NCBI GenBank assembly: GCA_934097105.1
Contig: CAKONI010000001.1
Location: 74,144 to 138,143, forward strand
Length of the DNA stretch: 64,000 bases
Origin: an uncultured Bacilli bacterium
GTDB lineage: Bacteria; Bacillota_I; Bacilli_A; RF39; UBA660
Direction of reading: 5' to 3'
Made by a program: the position numbers and the translations under genes. Below the pieces are notes generated by a model that had not been told where the DNA came from, ran no database searches, and saw only the letters and a program-made list of their open reading frames with translations. Position 1 is the first letter of the stretch. Every line of letters starts with the position of its first letter. Below are positions 37,947-51,309 of the stretch, one piece after another.

Positions 37947-38735
37947 ATGAAAGAGTTTGATTTTAAGAAGAAATATGGACAAAATTTTCTTGTTGATAAG
38001 AATATTGTTAATAAAATAGTTTCTGGCTTTGATATAAAGAGTCCTTCTTATGCGTTGGAAATAGGTTGTGGTGATGGTAGGCTTACTTCTTTACTTTGTT
38101 CTAAGTTTGATAAGGTTTTGGGATATGAAATTGACGAAGATGTTAAAGAGCTACTTTATTCTAATTTGAAGCCTTTTTCTAATTATTCTATTATTTTTTC
38201 TGACTTTTTAACTTCTGATGTGAAAAAGGATTTAGGAGATGAAATTTCTAATTTATATGTGATTGCTAATTTACCTTATTATGTTACGACTCCTATTATT
38301 GAAAAACTTACTTTTTTAGATTTGCCTTTTCTTTTTATGAGATTTATGGTTCAAAAAGAGGTTGGTGAAAGATTTTGTGCTAAAGTTGGAAGTAAAAACT
38401 ATGGTTCTTTGACGGTTTTTTTGAATTATCATTATTGTGTTAAAAAAGATTTTGTTGTTAGTAGGAACTGTTTTTATCCTGTGCCTAATGTTGATAGTAT
38501 GGTTGTGTCCTTTTATAGAAAGGATAATAAAATTATGCTTAAAGATATTAACTTTTTTTATAAACTTGTTAGGGATAGTTTTAGATTTAAAAGAAAGACA
38601 TTGCGTAATAATTTAAAAGATTATGATCTTGATAAGATTTTGAATGTTTTGAAAGGTTATGGTTTTGATCTTTCTGTTAGGGCTGAACAACTTAGTGTTG
38701 AAATTTTTTGCGATATTGCTAATTGTTTAAGTTAG
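37947..38735 (+). CDS. rsmA: 16S rRNA (adenine1518/1519-N6)-dimethyltransferase RsmA (KsgA)
   Basis: KKYGQNFLVDKNIV and the SAM motif LEIGCGDGRLT. Confidence 0.95.
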   Translation: MKEFDFKKKYGQNFLVDKNIVNKIVSGFDIKSPSYALEIGCGDGRLTSLLCSKFDKVLGYEIDEDVKELLYSNLKPFSNYSIIFSDFLTSDVKKDLGDEISNLYVIANLPYYVTTPIIEKLTFLDLPFLFMRFMVQKEVGERFCAKVGSKNYGSLTVFLNYHYCVKKDFVVSRNCFYPVPNVDSMVVSFYRKDNKIMLKDINFFYKLVRDSFRFKRKTLRNNLKDYDLDKILNVLKGYGFDLSVRAEQLSVEIFCDIANCLS

Positions 38736-38782
38736 TTTCTATTTTATTTAGTTGTTGCATATAATTATTTTGAGGTGATTAT

Positions 38783-39574
38783 GTGCTTTTTAATATTGGA
38801 GATTTAGTTACTAGGAAGTCTTATAATAATGATATGGTTTTTAGGATTAAATCTTTTAAGGATAAGATGGTTGTACTAGAGGGAGTCAATATTCGGCTTA
38901 TTGCGGATGCGCCAGTTGATGATTTAGAAATATGTAAAGATTGTGTTGATGATATTACTAGTGATGATAGAGATTTATTTGATAATATGGGTGATTTACT
39001 TGATTTAAATAGGGATAATTATTTTTATTTGCCGGGTAAAATTTTACATATTGATGGTGATAAAAATTATCTTGATAGATGTATAGAATTTTATAAAAAT
39101 ATGAACATAGTTTGTTATGGAATTATTCTTAATGAGGGAGAAATTTCTAAAAAAATTAGGGGTTTACTGGATGATGTTAATCCTGATGTTTTGGTAATTA
39201 CTGGTCATGATGCGTATTATGATAGTGGGAATAAATATAATGATATTTCTAATTATAAGAATAGTAAAAATTTTGTTAATGCAGTTAAGGAAGCCAGAAA
39301 GTACGAGAAAGATCATGAAAAACTGGTTATTATTGCTGGAGCGTGTCAATCTGATTATGAGGAATTAATTAAGGCTGGTTCTAATTTTGCTTCGAGTCCT
39401 AAGAGAATTAATATTCATGCTTTGGATCCTGCGATTGTTGCTAGTTCTGTTTGTTTATCCAATAAAAGTCAACCAATAGATTTGTTTAAAATTTTGGATA
39501 GAACTAAATATGGTAAAGATGGTATGGGTGGAATTATTACTAATGGTATGATGTACGTGGGGTTTCCTAGATGA
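38783..39574 (+). CDS. yabG: Sporulation-specific protease YabG (peptidase U57)
   Basis: IGDLVTRKSYNNDMVFRI, PGKILHIDGD, PDVLVITGHD, IIAGACQS and GSNFASSP...IHALDP, aligning full length with YabG. GTG start after GAGGTGA. Confidence 0.85.
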   Translation: MLFNIGDLVTRKSYNNDMVFRIKSFKDKMVVLEGVNIRLIADAPVDDLEICKDCVDDITSDDRDLFDNMGDLLDLNRDNYFYLPGKILHIDGDKNYLDRCIEFYKNMNIVCYGIILNEGEISKKIRGLLDDVNPDVLVITGHDAYYDSGNKYNDISNYKNSKNFVNAVKEARKYEKDHEKLVIIAGACQSDYEELIKAGSNFASSPKRINIHALDPAIVASSVCLSNKSQPIDLFKILDRTKYGKDGMGGIITNGMMYVGFPR

Positions 39575-39777
39575 TAGAAAGAGTTAGAGATAAAATTTTT
39601 TCTTTTGAAGGGAAAAAAATTAAGTTTCGATATAATGGTAGCAGAAATCAGGTTGAAGAATTTGAGGGAGTAGTTACTAAATGTTATAATTATGTTTTTG
39701 TTGTGTTTACTAATGGTATTAATAAATCCTTTTCATATACTGATGTTTTGATTGGAACTTTGGAGGTTAATATTTAG
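39571..39777 (+). CDS. veg: Veg protein
   Basis: 68 aa. The C-terminal SFSYTDVLIGTLEV parallels B. subtilis Veg RVSYSYADILTETVEL, and it follows yabG as in Bacillus. Confidence 0.75.
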   Translation: MIERVRDKIFSFEGKKIKFRYNGSRNQVEEFEGVVTKCYNYVFVVFTNGINKSFSYTDVLIGTLEVNI

Positions 39778-39844
39778 TTTTTTATTTATTTTGAAAATAT
39801 TAGATGATTTTTGTGTAAATTTGGCAATATATGTTAAAAATCTA

Positions 39845-39874
39845 TTGACTTTTACCTGCTCTTTAAGATAAAAT
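39845..39874 (+). promoter_or_regulatory. Promoter upstream of spoVG
   Basis: TTGACT (39845-39850), 18-nt spacer, TAAAAT (39869-39874). Confidence 0.4.
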
Positions 39875-39915
39875 TAGTGTTAGAAGCAGGGTTGCTTTTA
39901 AAAAGGAGGATAAAG

Positions 39916-40176
39916 ATGAAGATTACATCAGTAAATGTACGTAAGGTTGAAAAGGAAGGCTCTCGTATGAAAGGAATTGCTTCAGTTTTAATTGATGATT
40001 GTTTTGCAATTCATGATATTCGTATTATTGAAGGAGATAATGGTTTGTTTATTGCTATGCCTAGCAGAAAAACAACTACTGGAGGATATCGTGATATAGC
40101 ACATCCTATTAACCCTGAAACACGTACTTTGTTTGAAGAATCTATTTTAGAAGCATTTAATACTGCTGAAGAATAG
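39916..40176 (+). CDS. spoVG: Septation/RNA-binding protein SpoVG
   Basis: [52 protein letters not shown], with RBS AAGGAGG. Confidence 0.93.
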   Translation: MKITSVNVRKVEKEGSRMKGIASVLIDDCFAIHDIRIIEGDNGLFIAMPSRKTTTGGYRDIAHPINPETRTLFEESILEAFNTAEE

Positions 40177-40251
40177 TATATTAAAACACTTTATGTGTTT
40201 TTTTTTGAATATTTTTTTCTTTTTTTCATATATTTTATCAGGAGGAAAATT

Positions 40252-40536
40252 ATGGAAAAGTTTGCAGAAAATATAAGTTATAATCATGGAATTAGTATTA
40301 ATGAAAGGAAAATTATTTATGTGACTGGAGTTAACAAACTTGAAAGTTTTGATGAACAGGAATTTTTACTTGATACGAGTATGGGTTTTTTAGTTATAAA
40401 GGGTAATTCTTTGGAAATTATTAAATTGGATACTAAAGATGGAACTCTTGCTATTAAGGGAAGTTTTGATAGTATGTCTTATTTTGAAAATTTAAGGAAA
40501 TCTAAGTCTTCTTTCTTTGATAAGTTGTTTAAATGA
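40252..40536 (+). CDS. yabP: Sporulation protein YabP
   Basis: The start is trimmed to MEKFAEN (AGGAGG upstream). Contains ISINERKIIYVTGVNKLESFDEQEFLLDTSMGFLVIKGNSLEI, typical of the YabP/YqfC family. Confidence 0.7.
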   Translation: MEKFAENISYNHGISINERKIIYVTGVNKLESFDEQEFLLDTSMGFLVIKGNSLEIIKLDTKDGTLAIKGSFDSMSYFENLRKSKSSFFDKLFK

Positions 40537-40805
40537 TACTTTCGGAACAAATTTTTTCTTTACTTTTTTGTGTTTTTTTTGGTTTTGGATACTGCTTTGT
40601 TTTTTATATATTTAAGAAGTTTTTACTTTATGCTAAATACCATATTTTGTTTAATGTTTTTTTTAATTTGATTATGTCTATTTTATTTTTTATTGGTATA
40701 ATTCAAATTAATGATGGAACTTTGAGTTTGTATTATTTGTTGTTTGTTTTAATTGGTTTTTTACTTTTTAGACTATCATTTGTCACTTTTAAGTGTCAAA
40801 TATAG
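40533..40805 (+). CDS. yabQ: Spore cortex biosynthesis protein YabQ-like small membrane protein
   Basis: 90 aa with three TM helices and a 4-nt overlap with yabP. The call rests mainly on position and topology. Confidence 0.45.
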   Translation: MILSEQIFSLLFCVFFGFGYCFVFYIFKKFLLYAKYHILFNVFFNLIMSILFFIGIIQINDGTLSLYYLLFVLIGFLLFRLSFVTFKCQI

Positions 40806-40894
40806 TCTTATTTTATTGAAATTATTGAAATTATTTTTAATTTTTGTTATTATTTGTTATAAGATATGGTTTATAAGGTTATAGTCGGAGGTGT

Positions 40895-41197
40895 ATGATG
40901 GCAAGAGGAAAATCTAAATCAAAGAAAAAAAATTTTAAGAGAATTTTTTTTGTAACGTTGTTTTGCTTGGCAATAAATGGATATATTTTTTATTCTATAG
41001 GCTCTATATTTCAAGATGTTTATGTTATGAAACATGAGAAAGTGCAATTAGATAAAAAAATAGAAGATTTAAAAGAGGAAGAGGAAGTTTTGAAATCTGA
41101 AGTTAAAAAACTTAAAGATCCTGTGTATGTGGCTAAGTATGCTAGGGAAAAGTTTTTGTATTCTGGTGATAACGAATATATTATTAGAATGAAATAG
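40895..41197 (+). CDS. divIC: Septum formation initiator (DivIC/FtsB family)
   Basis: Basic N-terminus, a single TM helix, a coiled coil (QLDKKIEDLKEEEEVLKSEVKKLKD) and then PVYVAKYAREKF. Confidence 0.65.
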   Translation: MMARGKSKSKKKNFKRIFFVTLFCLAINGYIFYSIGSIFQDVYVMKHEKVQLDKKIEDLKEEEEVLKSEVKKLKDPVYVAKYAREKFLYSGDNEYIIRMK

Positions 41198-41271
41198 TAA
41201 ATTTGTACTATTTTTTTTCTATTGATTTGTTTTAGAAAATAGTTTAAAATATTGTGTTAAGTGGTGATTTA

Positions 41272-42591
41272 ATGAAAAAAGTTTTTGATTTTTTAGACAG
41301 TTATATTAATGATGGGGATACAGTTGTTTTAGGTTGTTCTGGAGGGCCTGATTCTATGGCGCTTATGGATATTTTGATTTCTTATAGAAAATCTAGAAAT
41401 ATTTCTATTGTTTGTGCTCATGTTAATCATAAGGTTAGGCGTGAAAGCGATGATGAGATGGTATGGCTTGAGAAGTTTTGTAATAAAAGAAATATCTTTT
41501 TTGAGAAAATGATTATTGAAAATTATGGTGATGATAATTTTCATAATGAGGCTAGGCATATAAGGTATGAATTTTTTGATTCTTTAGTGAGAAAGTATAA
41601 TGCTAATTATTTGATGACTGCTCATCATGGTGATGATTTAATGGAAACTATTTTGATGCGAATTGTCAGGGGTTCTACTTTGAGAGGCTATGGAGGATTT
41701 TCTAGTTGTGTTTCGAAAGGCACTTATTCTATATTGAGGCCTTTGGTTTTTGTAACTAAGGAAGATATACTTAGTTATAATAAAAAGAAAAAGATTGAGT
41801 ATGTTATTGATAATTCTAACTTTTCTAGTAAGTATACTAGAAATAGATATCGTAAAAGTGTTTTACCTTTTTTGAAGATTGAAGATAAAAATGTTCATTT
41901 AAAGTTTTTAAAATATAGCAATGAACTTATTGCTTCGGATGATTTTTTAAATAGTGAAACTAGTAAGATTTTTGATGAGGTGGTTACTGATAATCAAACT
42001 TCTATAAGTAAGTTTAAAAAAATTCACCCTTTTTTACAAAACAGGTTTATTAACATGCTACTTGAGGAATTTTATCAAGATGATCTTATATTAATTTCTG
42101 ATGTTCATACAGATTTGATTAAAGGTCTTATATATTCAAATAAGGCTAATAGTTTTGTATATTTACCAAATAATGTTAAGGTTGTTAAGAGTTATGATAA
42201 ACTTTCTTTTGTAAAAGAAACTGAACAAGTTGATCGTTATGAGATTGAACTTTCTGATTATGTTAATTTACCTAATGGTAAAAACATCAAATTTTTGGAG
42301 AAATCTGATGTTAATGATAATAATTTTTGTAGGTTAAATTCTGAAGATGTATGTTTGCCTCTTCAGGTTAGAACTAGAAAATCTGGGGATAGAATTAAGG
42401 TTAAGGGTCTTAATGGTACGAAAAAGATAAAGGATATTTTTATTGATTTGAAGATTCCTGTTAAACAAAGAGATTTATGGCCTGTTGTTGTGGATTCTAA
42501 GGATATTGTTGTTTGGCTTCCTGGTCTTAAAAAATCTAAATTTGATGTTCCAAAAAGTAAAAACTGTGATATAATACTTAAGTATTATTAA
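41272..42591 (+). CDS. tilS: tRNA(Ile)-lysidine synthase TilS
   Basis: PP-loop VLGCSGGPDSMAL, plus AHHGDDLMETILMR and a C-terminal TilS substrate-binding domain. Confidence 0.9.
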   Translation: MKKVFDFLDSYINDGDTVVLGCSGGPDSMALMDILISYRKSRNISIVCAHVNHKVRRESDDEMVWLEKFCNKRNIFFEKMIIENYGDDNFHNEARHIRYEFFDSLVRKYNANYLMTAHHGDDLMETILMRIVRGSTLRGYGGFSSCVSKGTYSILRPLVFVTKEDILSYNKKKKIEYVIDNSNFSSKYTRNRYRKSVLPFLKIEDKNVHLKFLKYSNELIASDDFLNSETSKIFDEVVTDNQTSISKFKKIHPFLQNRFINMLLEEFYQDDLILISDVHTDLIKGLIYSNKANSFVYLPNNVKVVKSYDKLSFVKETEQVDRYEIELSDYVNLPNGKNIKFLEKSDVNDNNFCRLNSEDVCLPLQVRTRKSGDRIKVKGLNGTKKIKDIFIDLKIPVKQRDLWPVVVDSKDIVVWLPGLKKSKFDVPKSKNCDIILKYY

Positions 42592-42603
42592 AGGGAGGAA
42601 ATT

Positions 42604-44478
42604 ATGAATAGAAAAAATAATAAAAAAAGTTTTATTTCGTATGCTATTATTTTATGTTTTTTAGCAAGTATATTCTTTGTTTATAACTCTTTAGGAAACA
42701 AGGAAAAAGTACTTACTTATAATGAATTTATAAATGATTTAAATGGAGGTAATGTTACTGAACTTGAAATTACACCGAAACAAAGTTCTGCGGTTTATTA
42801 TGTTACAGGTAAACTTGATGGCTATAAGAGTAATGAACGTTTTAAGTTAGTAGCGCCTTATTCTGATAGTGTTGTTTCTGATATTCTTTCTATTGCTAAG
42901 CAAAAAGAATCTCTTAAAATAACTGTTAATAAAGATCCAGAAAGTTCTTCATTTCTTAAAATTGTTGTTAACTTTTTACCATTTGTGTTAATTATTGGAT
43001 TTGCATTTTATTTCTTATCTAGACAGATGGGTGGTGCGAATAAGTCTTTTGATTTTGGTAAAAGTAAGGCTAAATTACATTCTGATAAGGACAAAGTTAC
43101 TTTTGATAATGTTGCGGGACTTGTTGAGGAAAAATATGAAGTTAAAGAACTTATTGATTTCTTGAAAAATCCTAAAAAATTCCAAAAATTAGGTGCTAGA
43201 ATTCCTAAGGGGGTGCTTTTAGTTGGGCCTCCAGGAACTGGTAAAACTTTACTTGCTCGTGCTGTTGCGGGAGAAGCCAATGTACCTTTTTATTATATCA
43301 GTGGTTCTGATTTTGTTGAACTTTTTGTTGGTGTAGGTGCAAGCCGTGTTCGTGATATGTTTAAGCAAGCGAAGCAAACTGCTCCATGTTTGATATTTAT
43401 TGATGAAATAGATGCTGTTGGACGTCAACGTGGTACTGGTCTTGGCGGTGGCCATGATGAAAGGGAACAAACACTTAATCAACTTCTTACAGAAATGGAT
43501 GGTTTTGGCGCTAATGAGGGAATAATTATTATAGCTGCAACTAATAGACCTGATGTTCTTGATCCTGCTCTTCTTAGACCTGGTAGGTTTGATAGGCAAG
43601 TTACTGTTTCTCTTCCTGATATTGGAGAAAGAGAAGCAATATTAAAAGTTCATGCTAAGAATAAGATTCTTGCTAAGGATGTTACTCTTAAGTATTTGGC
43701 TCGTAGGACTTCTGGTTTTAGTGGTGCTGATCTTGAAAATTTACTTAATGAGGCTGCGCTTCTTGCGGTTAGACGTGATAAGAGCGAAATTACTATGAGT
43801 GAGATTGATGAGGCTCATGATAGGGTTTTAATGGGACCTGCTAAAAAGAGTAGAAAAATTAGTGAAAAAGATAAGAAGATTACTGCTTATCATGAGGCTG
43901 GACATGTAGTTGCGGGTATGAAACTTGAAAATTCTAATATTGTTCAAAAGGTTACTATTATACCTCGTGGTATGGCTGGTGGTTATACTAATATTCAAAG
44001 TGAAGAAGAAAAAATGCATACTACTAAAAATGAACTTACTGAGACAATTTGTACATTTTTGGCTGGACGTGTTGCGGAACAACTTGTTTTTGACGACATA
44101 ACTACTGGTGCTGAAAATGATATTGAAAGGGCAACTAAAATTGCACGTTCTATGGTATGTGAATATGGAATGAGTGAACTTGGTCCTGTTCAATTGGAAC
44201 AAAGCGAATCTAGTGTTTTCTTAGGTAGAGATTATAATAAATCACGTAATTTTTCTGACCAAGTTGCGTTTGAAATTGATCAACAAATTAGAAAAATTAT
44301 AGATAGTTGTTATAAAAAAACTGAGAAGATTTTGAAGGATAATAAAAAGTTACTTGATTTGATTGCTGAAAACTTGGCTAAGTATGAAACTTTGACTAAG
44401 GAACAAATTGATTATTTGGTAAAAAATGGTAAAATGCCTTCTGAAGAATCTGATGATATTGAAGAAGAAAATAAATAA
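42604..44478 (+). CDS. ftsH: ATP-dependent zinc metalloprotease FtsH
   Basis: Walker A GPPGTGKT, Walker [10 protein letters not shown]-like (LIFIDEIDA), SRH and the zinc motif HEAGH. Confidence 0.98.
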   Translation: MNRKNNKKSFISYAIILCFLASIFFVYNSLGNKEKVLTYNEFINDLNGGNVTELEITPKQSSAVYYVTGKLDGYKSNERFKLVAPYSDSVVSDILSIAKQKESLKITVNKDPESSSFLKIVVNFLPFVLIIGFAFYFLSRQMGGANKSFDFGKSKAKLHSDKDKVTFDNVAGLVEEKYEVKELIDFLKNPKKFQKLGARIPKGVLLVGPPGTGKTLLARAVAGEANVPFYYISGSDFVELFVGVGASRVRDMFKQAKQTAPCLIFIDEIDAVGRQRGTGLGGGHDEREQTLNQLLTEMDGFGANEGIIIIAATNRPDVLDPALLRPGRFDRQVTVSLPDIGEREAILKVHAKNKILAKDVTLKYLARRTSGFSGADLENLLNEAALLAVRRDKSEITMSEIDEAHDRVLMGPAKKSRKISEKDKKITAYHEAGHVVAGMKLENSNIVQKVTIIPRGMAGGYTNIQSEEEKMHTTKNELTETICTFLAGRVAEQLVFDDITTGAENDIERATKIARSMVCEYGMSELGPVQLEQSESSVFLGRDYNKSRNFSDQVAFEIDQQIRKIIDSCYKKTEKILKDNKKLLDLIAENLAKYETLTKEQIDYLVKNGKMPSEESDDIEEENK

Positions 44479-44516
44479 AAGAAAGGTTACTTTCTTTTTT
44501 GTTTAGGAGTGTTTAT

Positions 44517-45497
44517 ATGGCTTTTGATTTTAGAGAGGAACTTAAGAAGAATAAAGTTTTATTAGCGCCGATGGCTGGTGTTTCTAATCCTGCTTATATT
44601 GAAATTGTGAGAGATATGGGTGTTTCTTTGTTTTGGACTGAACTTATTAGTGCTGAGGCAATTGTTAGAAATAATAAGAAAACTTTTGATATGCTTGATG
44701 GAATTGATAAGTTGGGTGTGAAAGTTGGAGTGCAAATTTTTGGTAGTTCACCTGATGTTATGGCGAAGGCTGCTAGTATTATTGTTTCTTCTTATGATGT
44801 TAGTTTTATTGATATTAATATGGGCTGTCCTGTTCCTAAGGTTGCAATTAAAAATAATGCTGGCAGTGCTCTTCTTCGTGATGTTGATAAGATTGGTAAA
44901 ATTGTTTCTAGTGTTTGTAAGGCTGTATCTGTTCCTGTTAGTGTTAAAATAAGAAGTGGTTGGGACTTTTCTAGTATAAATGCTCCTTTGGTTTCTAAGG
45001 TATGTGAAGAAAATGGTGCAAGTTGTATTGCAATTCATGCTAGGACAAGAAGCCAGGGTTATGGTGGAAGTGCTGATTGGAGTATAATTAAAGAAGTAAA
45101 GGATTCAGTTAAAATACCAGTAATTGGTAATGGAGATATTAAATCTTTTAGTGATGCTAAACGAATGCTTGATGAAACTGGTTGTGATGCTGTTATGATT
45201 GGTCGCGCTTCTTTAGGAAATCCTTGGATTTTTAGGGAGAGTTTGTTTTTTATAAATAATAATAGTTTTTTACCTAGACCTGGTTTTAGAGAAATTGTTG
45301 ATATGATAAAGAAACATTATTTTCTTCTTGAAGAAAATATGGGAGAAAAACGTGCTCTTTTAGAGATTAGAACTCATGCTTTGTGGTATATAAAGGGATT
45401 TCCTAATTGTAAAGGCTTTAAAGGAATGATTACTTCTGCTAATACTAAGGATGAATTTTTTGATATTTTGAATTTAATGTGTGAAGAAAATTTATAA
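44517..45497 (+). CDS. dusB: tRNA-dihydrouridine synthase
   Basis: LAPMAGVSNPAY, IDINMGCP and a Dus TIM barrel. The ATG at 44517 follows AGGAG. Confidence 0.9.
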   Translation: MAFDFREELKKNKVLLAPMAGVSNPAYIEIVRDMGVSLFWTELISAEAIVRNNKKTFDMLDGIDKLGVKVGVQIFGSSPDVMAKAASIIVSSYDVSFIDINMGCPVPKVAIKNNAGSALLRDVDKIGKIVSSVCKAVSVPVSVKIRSGWDFSSINAPLVSKVCEENGASCIAIHARTRSQGYGGSADWSIIKEVKDSVKIPVIGNGDIKSFSDAKRMLDETGCDAVMIGRASLGNPWIFRESLFFINNNSFLPRPGFREIVDMIKKHYFLLEENMGEKRALLEIRTHALWYIKGFPNCKGFKGMITSANTKDEFFDILNLMCEENL

Positions 45498-45512
45498 AAC
45501 GTTTAAATATTG

Positions 45513-47257
<1,745 letters not shown>

Positions 47258-47359
47258 TGAAGCCTTTTTTTCTTTTTTTTGAGGGAAATTGTTAATTTTT
47301 TACAGTTTTTTCTTTATTTTTTTTGATAAAAGTGTAATAATTATATTGGGAGGTATAAA

Positions 47360-48850
47360 ATGAAAAAAAATAATTTATTTAAGGCAGTAGGTATAGTCAT
47401 TCTTGCTTATGTATTGTTTTCATGGATAGTACCAATTATTTATGGTATTGTTGGCGCTGAAGGCGAAGTTTCTAAACAAATTGGAATTATTTCTATTTTT
47501 TCAGTTGTTCTTGAAACATTTTCAGGATTCGGATCTGTTATACTTTATGTACTGTTAGTAGGAGCATTTTATGGTGTTCTTAAAGTTACAGGTGCTTATG
47601 ATAAGATTATGAACAGTTTTATGAAGTTTGCTAGTGGCAAAGAACAAACTTTATTAATTGCAATTATGATTATTATGGCTCTTTTATCTTCATTTGCAGG
47701 ACTTGACTTAGGATTTTTAGTTGTTATTCCTTTCTTAATTGGATTTATTGTTAAGGTTGGATATAACAAACTAGTTGCTTTAAGTGCTACTGTAGGTTCT
47801 ATTATAATTGGTATGTATGGTGCTACATTTGCTGGTACTTTATATGGTTATAATAATGAAATTCTTAGTTTAAAGGCTACAGATCAACTTTTATTTAAAG
47901 TTATATTATTTGTACTTGGACTTGCCCTTTTAATTTTCTTTGTACTTATGTATTGTAAGAAAAATAATCTTGTTGGAGATGCTAGTAAGGCGCTTAAGGC
48001 TAATAGTACAAAGGAAAAGACTGTTAAGGCTTCTGCTAGTTCTAAATCTAGCAAGAAAAGTGTTAATGAAAAAGTTGCTAAAGATAAGAAGAATAAAACT
48101 ACTAAGGAACGTGGACCTGTTGGTGCAATTATTGTAAGTTCTATTATGTTACTTGTTATGATTTTAGGAACTATTTCTTGGAAATCTATGCTTGGAGTTA
48201 GTTCTTTTGAGAGTTTACATAAGAGTTGGACTGAACTTAAAATAGGTGGATTTGATATTCTTAATAAGATATTTGGTGGTATTGATGCTTTTGGTACTTG
48301 GAATACACCAGTTAGATTTCAAACTTATTCTATTTTATTAATTATTGCTATGATTATTATTTCAATTATTTACAGAACAAGTGTTAAGGATACTTTTGAG
48401 GGATTTGTAGATGGTATTAAATCATTTGTTGTTCCTGCAATTATTACTATTTTGGCTTGTTCAGTGTTTGTATTTGTATATTATAATCCTGTAATAACTC
48501 CAGTTACTCAATTATTGCTTACTGCGACTGATGAGTTTAATGTTGCTCTTTCAGGTATTTATACAATTATTAATAGTGCGGTTTATGTTGATTATTATTA
48601 CTTTGCCAATGCTGTACTTTATTCTATTGCATCTGTATATGAAGATAGTGCAGTCTTATCAATAATCAGTGTAATGTTTGCTAACTTATATAGTTTAGTA
48701 ATGTTAGTTGCTCCAACTAGTGTATTATTGCTTATAGGATTATCTATTAGTGATGTTGAATATACTTCTTGGATTAAGTATATTTGGAAACTTGCACTTG
48801 CATTATTACTATTATCATTCATAGTTTTTGTAATAATGTTATTAGTTTAA
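47360..48850 (+). CDS. Multi-pass membrane protein, YfcC/DcuC-like putative transporter with K/S-rich cytoplasmic loop
   Basis: 496 aa with more than 10 TM helices. N-terminal half motifs (VLLVGAFYGVLKVTGAYDK, LLSSFAGL) resemble the YfcC family. This assignment is tentative. Confidence 0.4.
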   Translation: MKKNNLFKAVGIVILAYVLFSWIVPIIYGIVGAEGEVSKQIGIISIFSVVLETFSGFGSVILYVLLVGAFYGVLKVTGAYDKIMNSFMKFASGKEQTLLIAIMIIMALLSSFAGLDLGFLVVIPFLIGFIVKVGYNKLVALSATVGSIIIGMYGATFAGTLYGYNNEILSLKATDQLLFKVILFVLGLALLIFFVLMYCKKNNLVGDASKALKANSTKEKTVKASASSKSSKKSVNEKVAKDKKNKTTKERGPVGAIIVSSIMLLVMILGTISWKSMLGVSSFESLHKSWTELKIGGFDILNKIFGGIDAFGTWNTPVRFQTYSILLIIAMIIISIIYRTSVKDTFEGFVDGIKSFVVPAIITILACSVFVFVYYNPVITPVTQLLLTATDEFNVALSGIYTIINSAVYVDYYYFANAVLYSIASVYEDSAVLSIISVMFANLYSLVMLVAPTSVLLLIGLSISDVEYTSWIKYIWKLALALLLLSFIVFVIMLLV

Positions 48851-48970
48851 GAGGACGGTTGTTCTCTTTTTTTGTTTTAAAGTACTTTTTTTGTAAATAG
48901 TACTTTTTTGTTGATTAGTTTTATATTTTTTTTCTCATTATATGAATAGAATAATAATGGGAGGATGAAT

Positions 48971-51253
48971 ATGTTTTCTAAATTTGATGAAGAAGCAAAG
49001 AAAGTACTTTTAAATATGCAGAAAGAGATGATTAGTTTGAAACATCCTTATATTGGTAGTGAACATTTACTTTTGTCTTTACTTAAGTATGGTAATAAAG
49101 ATTTTGTTGATAAGTTTTCTTCTTTTGGGGTTACTTATGATTCTTTTAAGGAAGAACTTATTTCGGTTGTGGGGGTTGGCAAGAGTTCTAATGAGTTTTA
49201 TTTGTATACTCCTCTTTTGCGTACTATTTTGGAGTCTGCCGGAATGGATAGTTCTGATAAGGGGAAAAAGTTTGTTGATACGGGAGATTTGTTTTTTTCT
49301 CTTTTTGAGGAGGGCGAAGGAGTTGCGATTAGAATACTTTTGGGCATGAATGTTGATGTTGATGCTTTGTATGATAGTTTTTGTGTTAGTAAAAAGAGTC
49401 GTAATGTTAAACTTATGGTTGAGTCTTTTGGTGTTAATTTGAATGATAAATGTAAACGTGGAGAAATTGATCCTGTTATTGGACGTGAAAAGGAAATAGC
49501 AAGGCTTATTCAAATTTTGTCTCGTAGGACTAAAAATAATCCTCTTCTTTTGGGAGAGGCTGGAGTTGGTAAGACTGCAATTGTTGAGGAACTTGCTAGA
49601 GTTATTAATTCTTCTTCTTTTTCTAAACTTTCTAATAAGAAACTTATTTCTGTTTCGATGGCTAGTTTAGTTGCGGGGACAAAATATCGTGGTGAATTTG
49701 AGGAAAGATTGGAAAAGATTATTCGTGAACTTGAAGAAAATGATGATGTTATCTTATTTATTGACGAAATTCACACTTTAGTGGGTGCAGGTGGTGCGGA
49801 GGGTGCAATTGATGCTTCTAATATACTTAAACCTGCTCTTGCTCGTGGTAAGATTAAAATTATTGGGGCTACTACTATTTCTGAGTATAAAGAGTTTATC
49901 GAAAATGATAAGGCGTTGTCGCGTAGATTTCAAACTATTTTGGTTGAAGAACCTGATGTTTCCGCAACTAAGGATATTTTGTTTAAGTTAAGACCTATTT
50001 ATGAGTCTTATCATAATGTTAAGATAAGTGATAAGGTTTTAAATGAAATCGTTACTTTGTCTAATAGATATATTTATGATAGAAAAATGCCTGATAAGGC
50101 TATTGATGTATTGGATGAGGTTTGTTCTAGGGTTTCTGTTTTGTCTTTTAAAAACAATGATATTATGGATATTAATGAGAGAATTGAGAAACTTAAGAGT
50201 TTAAAGAATGAATCTATTGTTAATAACAATTTTAATGATGCTTTTTTGTATAAGAAGTCTGAGATGATTTTGGAAGATAAGAAAAATAAATTGGAACTTA
50301 AAAATATTAATAATTCTTTGATTAAGGTTACTTCGAATGACGTATGTAAGGTTGTTGAAGAAAGATCAAAGATTCCTATTTATAGAAATTCTTTTAAGGT
50401 TTTGGATAATCTTAAAAAGTCCCTTTCTTCGGTAGTTTATGGACAGGATAAGGCTATTAATACTATTTGTGATGCTTTTAAGAAAAGATGTTTTTCTTCT
50501 TCTGAAAGTGTTAAACCTATGTCATTTTTGTTTTTGGGTTCTACTGGTGTTGGGAAGACGATGCTTGCTAAAGAATATGGTAAGGTTATTTATGGGGATA
50601 ATATTATTCGTGTTGATATGAGTGAGTTTAAGGAAGGGCATTCTATTAGTAAAATGATTGGTTCTCCTCCTGGATATGTTGGATATTCTGATAATAAGAA
50701 TGTTTTTGAACAAGTTAAGGATAATCCATATTCTCTTATTATTTTGGATGAGATTGAAAAGGGTAGTAGAGAGGTTATTAACTTATTTTTACAAATTTTG
50801 GATGAGGGGTATGCTAAAAATAGTAAGGGTGAAAAGATTAATTTTTTAAATACAACTATTATCATGACATCTAATTTGGGTTCTAACAAGAATAGTATTG
50901 GCTTTAATGGTACTATATCTTTTGAAGATGTTTATAATTTCTTTGGAATTGAGTTTGTTAATAGGATTAGTAGTGTAGTTGAGTTTAATAAGATTAGTGA
51001 TTTAGTTTGTGCTAAACTTGTTAGGAATAAACTTTCCTTTATAAGAAAATATTATAAGGAAAAAGGTGTTTTTTGTTCTTTTTCTAATAAACTTATTTCT
51101 GAAATTTTGAAGTTGTGTGATTATGAAAAGTATGGTGCTAGGAAAGTTAATTGTGTTATTGAGCAAAACTTGGAGACTGTTATTATTGATCGGATGCTTT
51201 GTGGTGATAGTAAAATTAGAATTGATAGTATTATTAAAAATATGGTTGTTTGA
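48971..51253 (+). CDS. clpC: ATP-dependent Clp protease ATP-binding subunit ClpC-like (class I AAA+)
   Basis: Clp_N repeats ([13 protein letters not shown]...[10 protein letters not shown]) and two AAA modules ([12 protein letters not shown]; [12 protein letters not shown]). I prefer the second ATG because GGGAGG abuts the first. Confidence 0.88.
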   Translation: MFSKFDEEAKKVLLNMQKEMISLKHPYIGSEHLLLSLLKYGNKDFVDKFSSFGVTYDSFKEELISVVGVGKSSNEFYLYTPLLRTILESAGMDSSDKGKKFVDTGDLFFSLFEEGEGVAIRILLGMNVDVDALYDSFCVSKKSRNVKLMVESFGVNLNDKCKRGEIDPVIGREKEIARLIQILSRRTKNNPLLLGEAGVGKTAIVEELARVINSSSFSKLSNKKLISVSMASLVAGTKYRGEFEERLEKIIRELEENDDVILFIDEIHTLVGAGGAEGAIDASNILKPALARGKIKIIGATTISEYKEFIENDKALSRRFQTILVEEPDVSATKDILFKLRPIYESYHNVKISDKVLNEIVTLSNRYIYDRKMPDKAIDVLDEVCSRVSVLSFKNNDIMDINERIEKLKSLKNESIVNNNFNDAFLYKKSEMILEDKKNKLELKNINNSLIKVTSNDVCKVVEERSKIPIYRNSFKVLDNLKKSLSSVVYGQDKAINTICDAFKKRCFSSSESVKPMSFLFLGSTGVGKTMLAKEYGKVIYGDNIIRVDMSEFKEGHSISKMIGSPPGYVGYSDNKNVFEQVKDNPYSLIILDEIEKGSREVINLFLQILDEGYAKNSKGEKINFLNTTIIMTSNLGSNKNSIGFNGTISFEDVYNFFGIEFVNRISSVVEFNKISDLVCAKLVRNKLSFIRKYYKEKGVFCSFSNKLISEILKLCDYEKYGARKVNCVIEQNLETVIIDRMLCGDSKIRIDSIIKNMVV

Positions 51254-51309
51254 GAAAGGTTGTATTACTTTCTTTTTTTTGCTATAATATGGGAAAAGGA
51301 GTGCTTTAT

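Noticed and set aside
48851-48964. Direct repeat AGTACTTTTTT(T)G twice upstream of clpC, considered as a CtsR operator.
   Set aside because: It does not match the CtsR consensus (A/G)GTCAAA-NAN-(A/G)GTCAAA. No ctsR/mcsA/mcsB genes are present upstream, and the evidence is too thin to call.
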